DNA of 64,000 nucleotides. Source: Tubiluchus corallicola (taxonomy: Eukaryota; Animalia; Priapulida). This document shows, piece after piece, positions 63,894 to 64,000 of this stretch. The notes under the pieces were generated by a model that was not told the origin of the DNA, did not search any database, and saw only the letters and a program-made list of their open reading frames with translations. Location: positions 1,488,180 to 1,552,179 of the forward strand of contig JAQGDQ010000005.1 in the NCBI GenBank assembly GCA_030141605.1, given 5' to 3'. A program made the translations under genes and the position numbers. How positions within the stretch are numbered: the first letter of the stretch is position 1; every line of letters begins with the position of its first letter.

Positions 63894-64000
63894 GTATAAT
63901 GCAAACAATCCAACAGTTGTCATTTTAACGACAGTATTAAATGAAAGTACAAACATTTGTGGTAATATGAATTTGACAGTTCACACAGTTTAGTACACTA

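Overview
AT-rich, intron-rich animal genomic DNA, probably an invertebrate; the NDUFB10 C-terminus looks protostome-like, but the species cannot be determined. Seven protein-coding genes were rebuilt by hand from GT-AG junctions with consistent phases: the 3' end of an alpha-L-fucosidase (+), HAPSTR1/C16orf72 (-), the inactive rhomboid iRhom/RHBDF (+), NDUFB10 (-), RPL3 (+), SHQ1 (-, intronless CDS) and the 5' part of POLR3E (+). RPL3 introns host at least three snoRNAs with readable rRNA guides: an H/ACA RNA for the 28S site of yeast snR37/human SNORA10, a SNORD83-like C/D RNA for 18S, and a C/D RNA for the 28S Um2415-equivalent site. RPL3 intron 3 also has a structured, stop-generating alternative 3' splice site suggesting autoregulation by alternative splicing and NMD. 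Other notable signals are a 92-bp hairpin in the last iRhom intron whose substitutions are all G-U compatible on the transcribed strand, several truncating splice routes in HAPSTR1 intron 3, a rare GAG acceptor in POLR3E, and a gene set that matches human chromosome 16p. The remainder is decayed MITE, LINE, Gypsy and SINE sequence plus tandem duplications. All homology calls come from recalled sequences and motifs; no database search was run.
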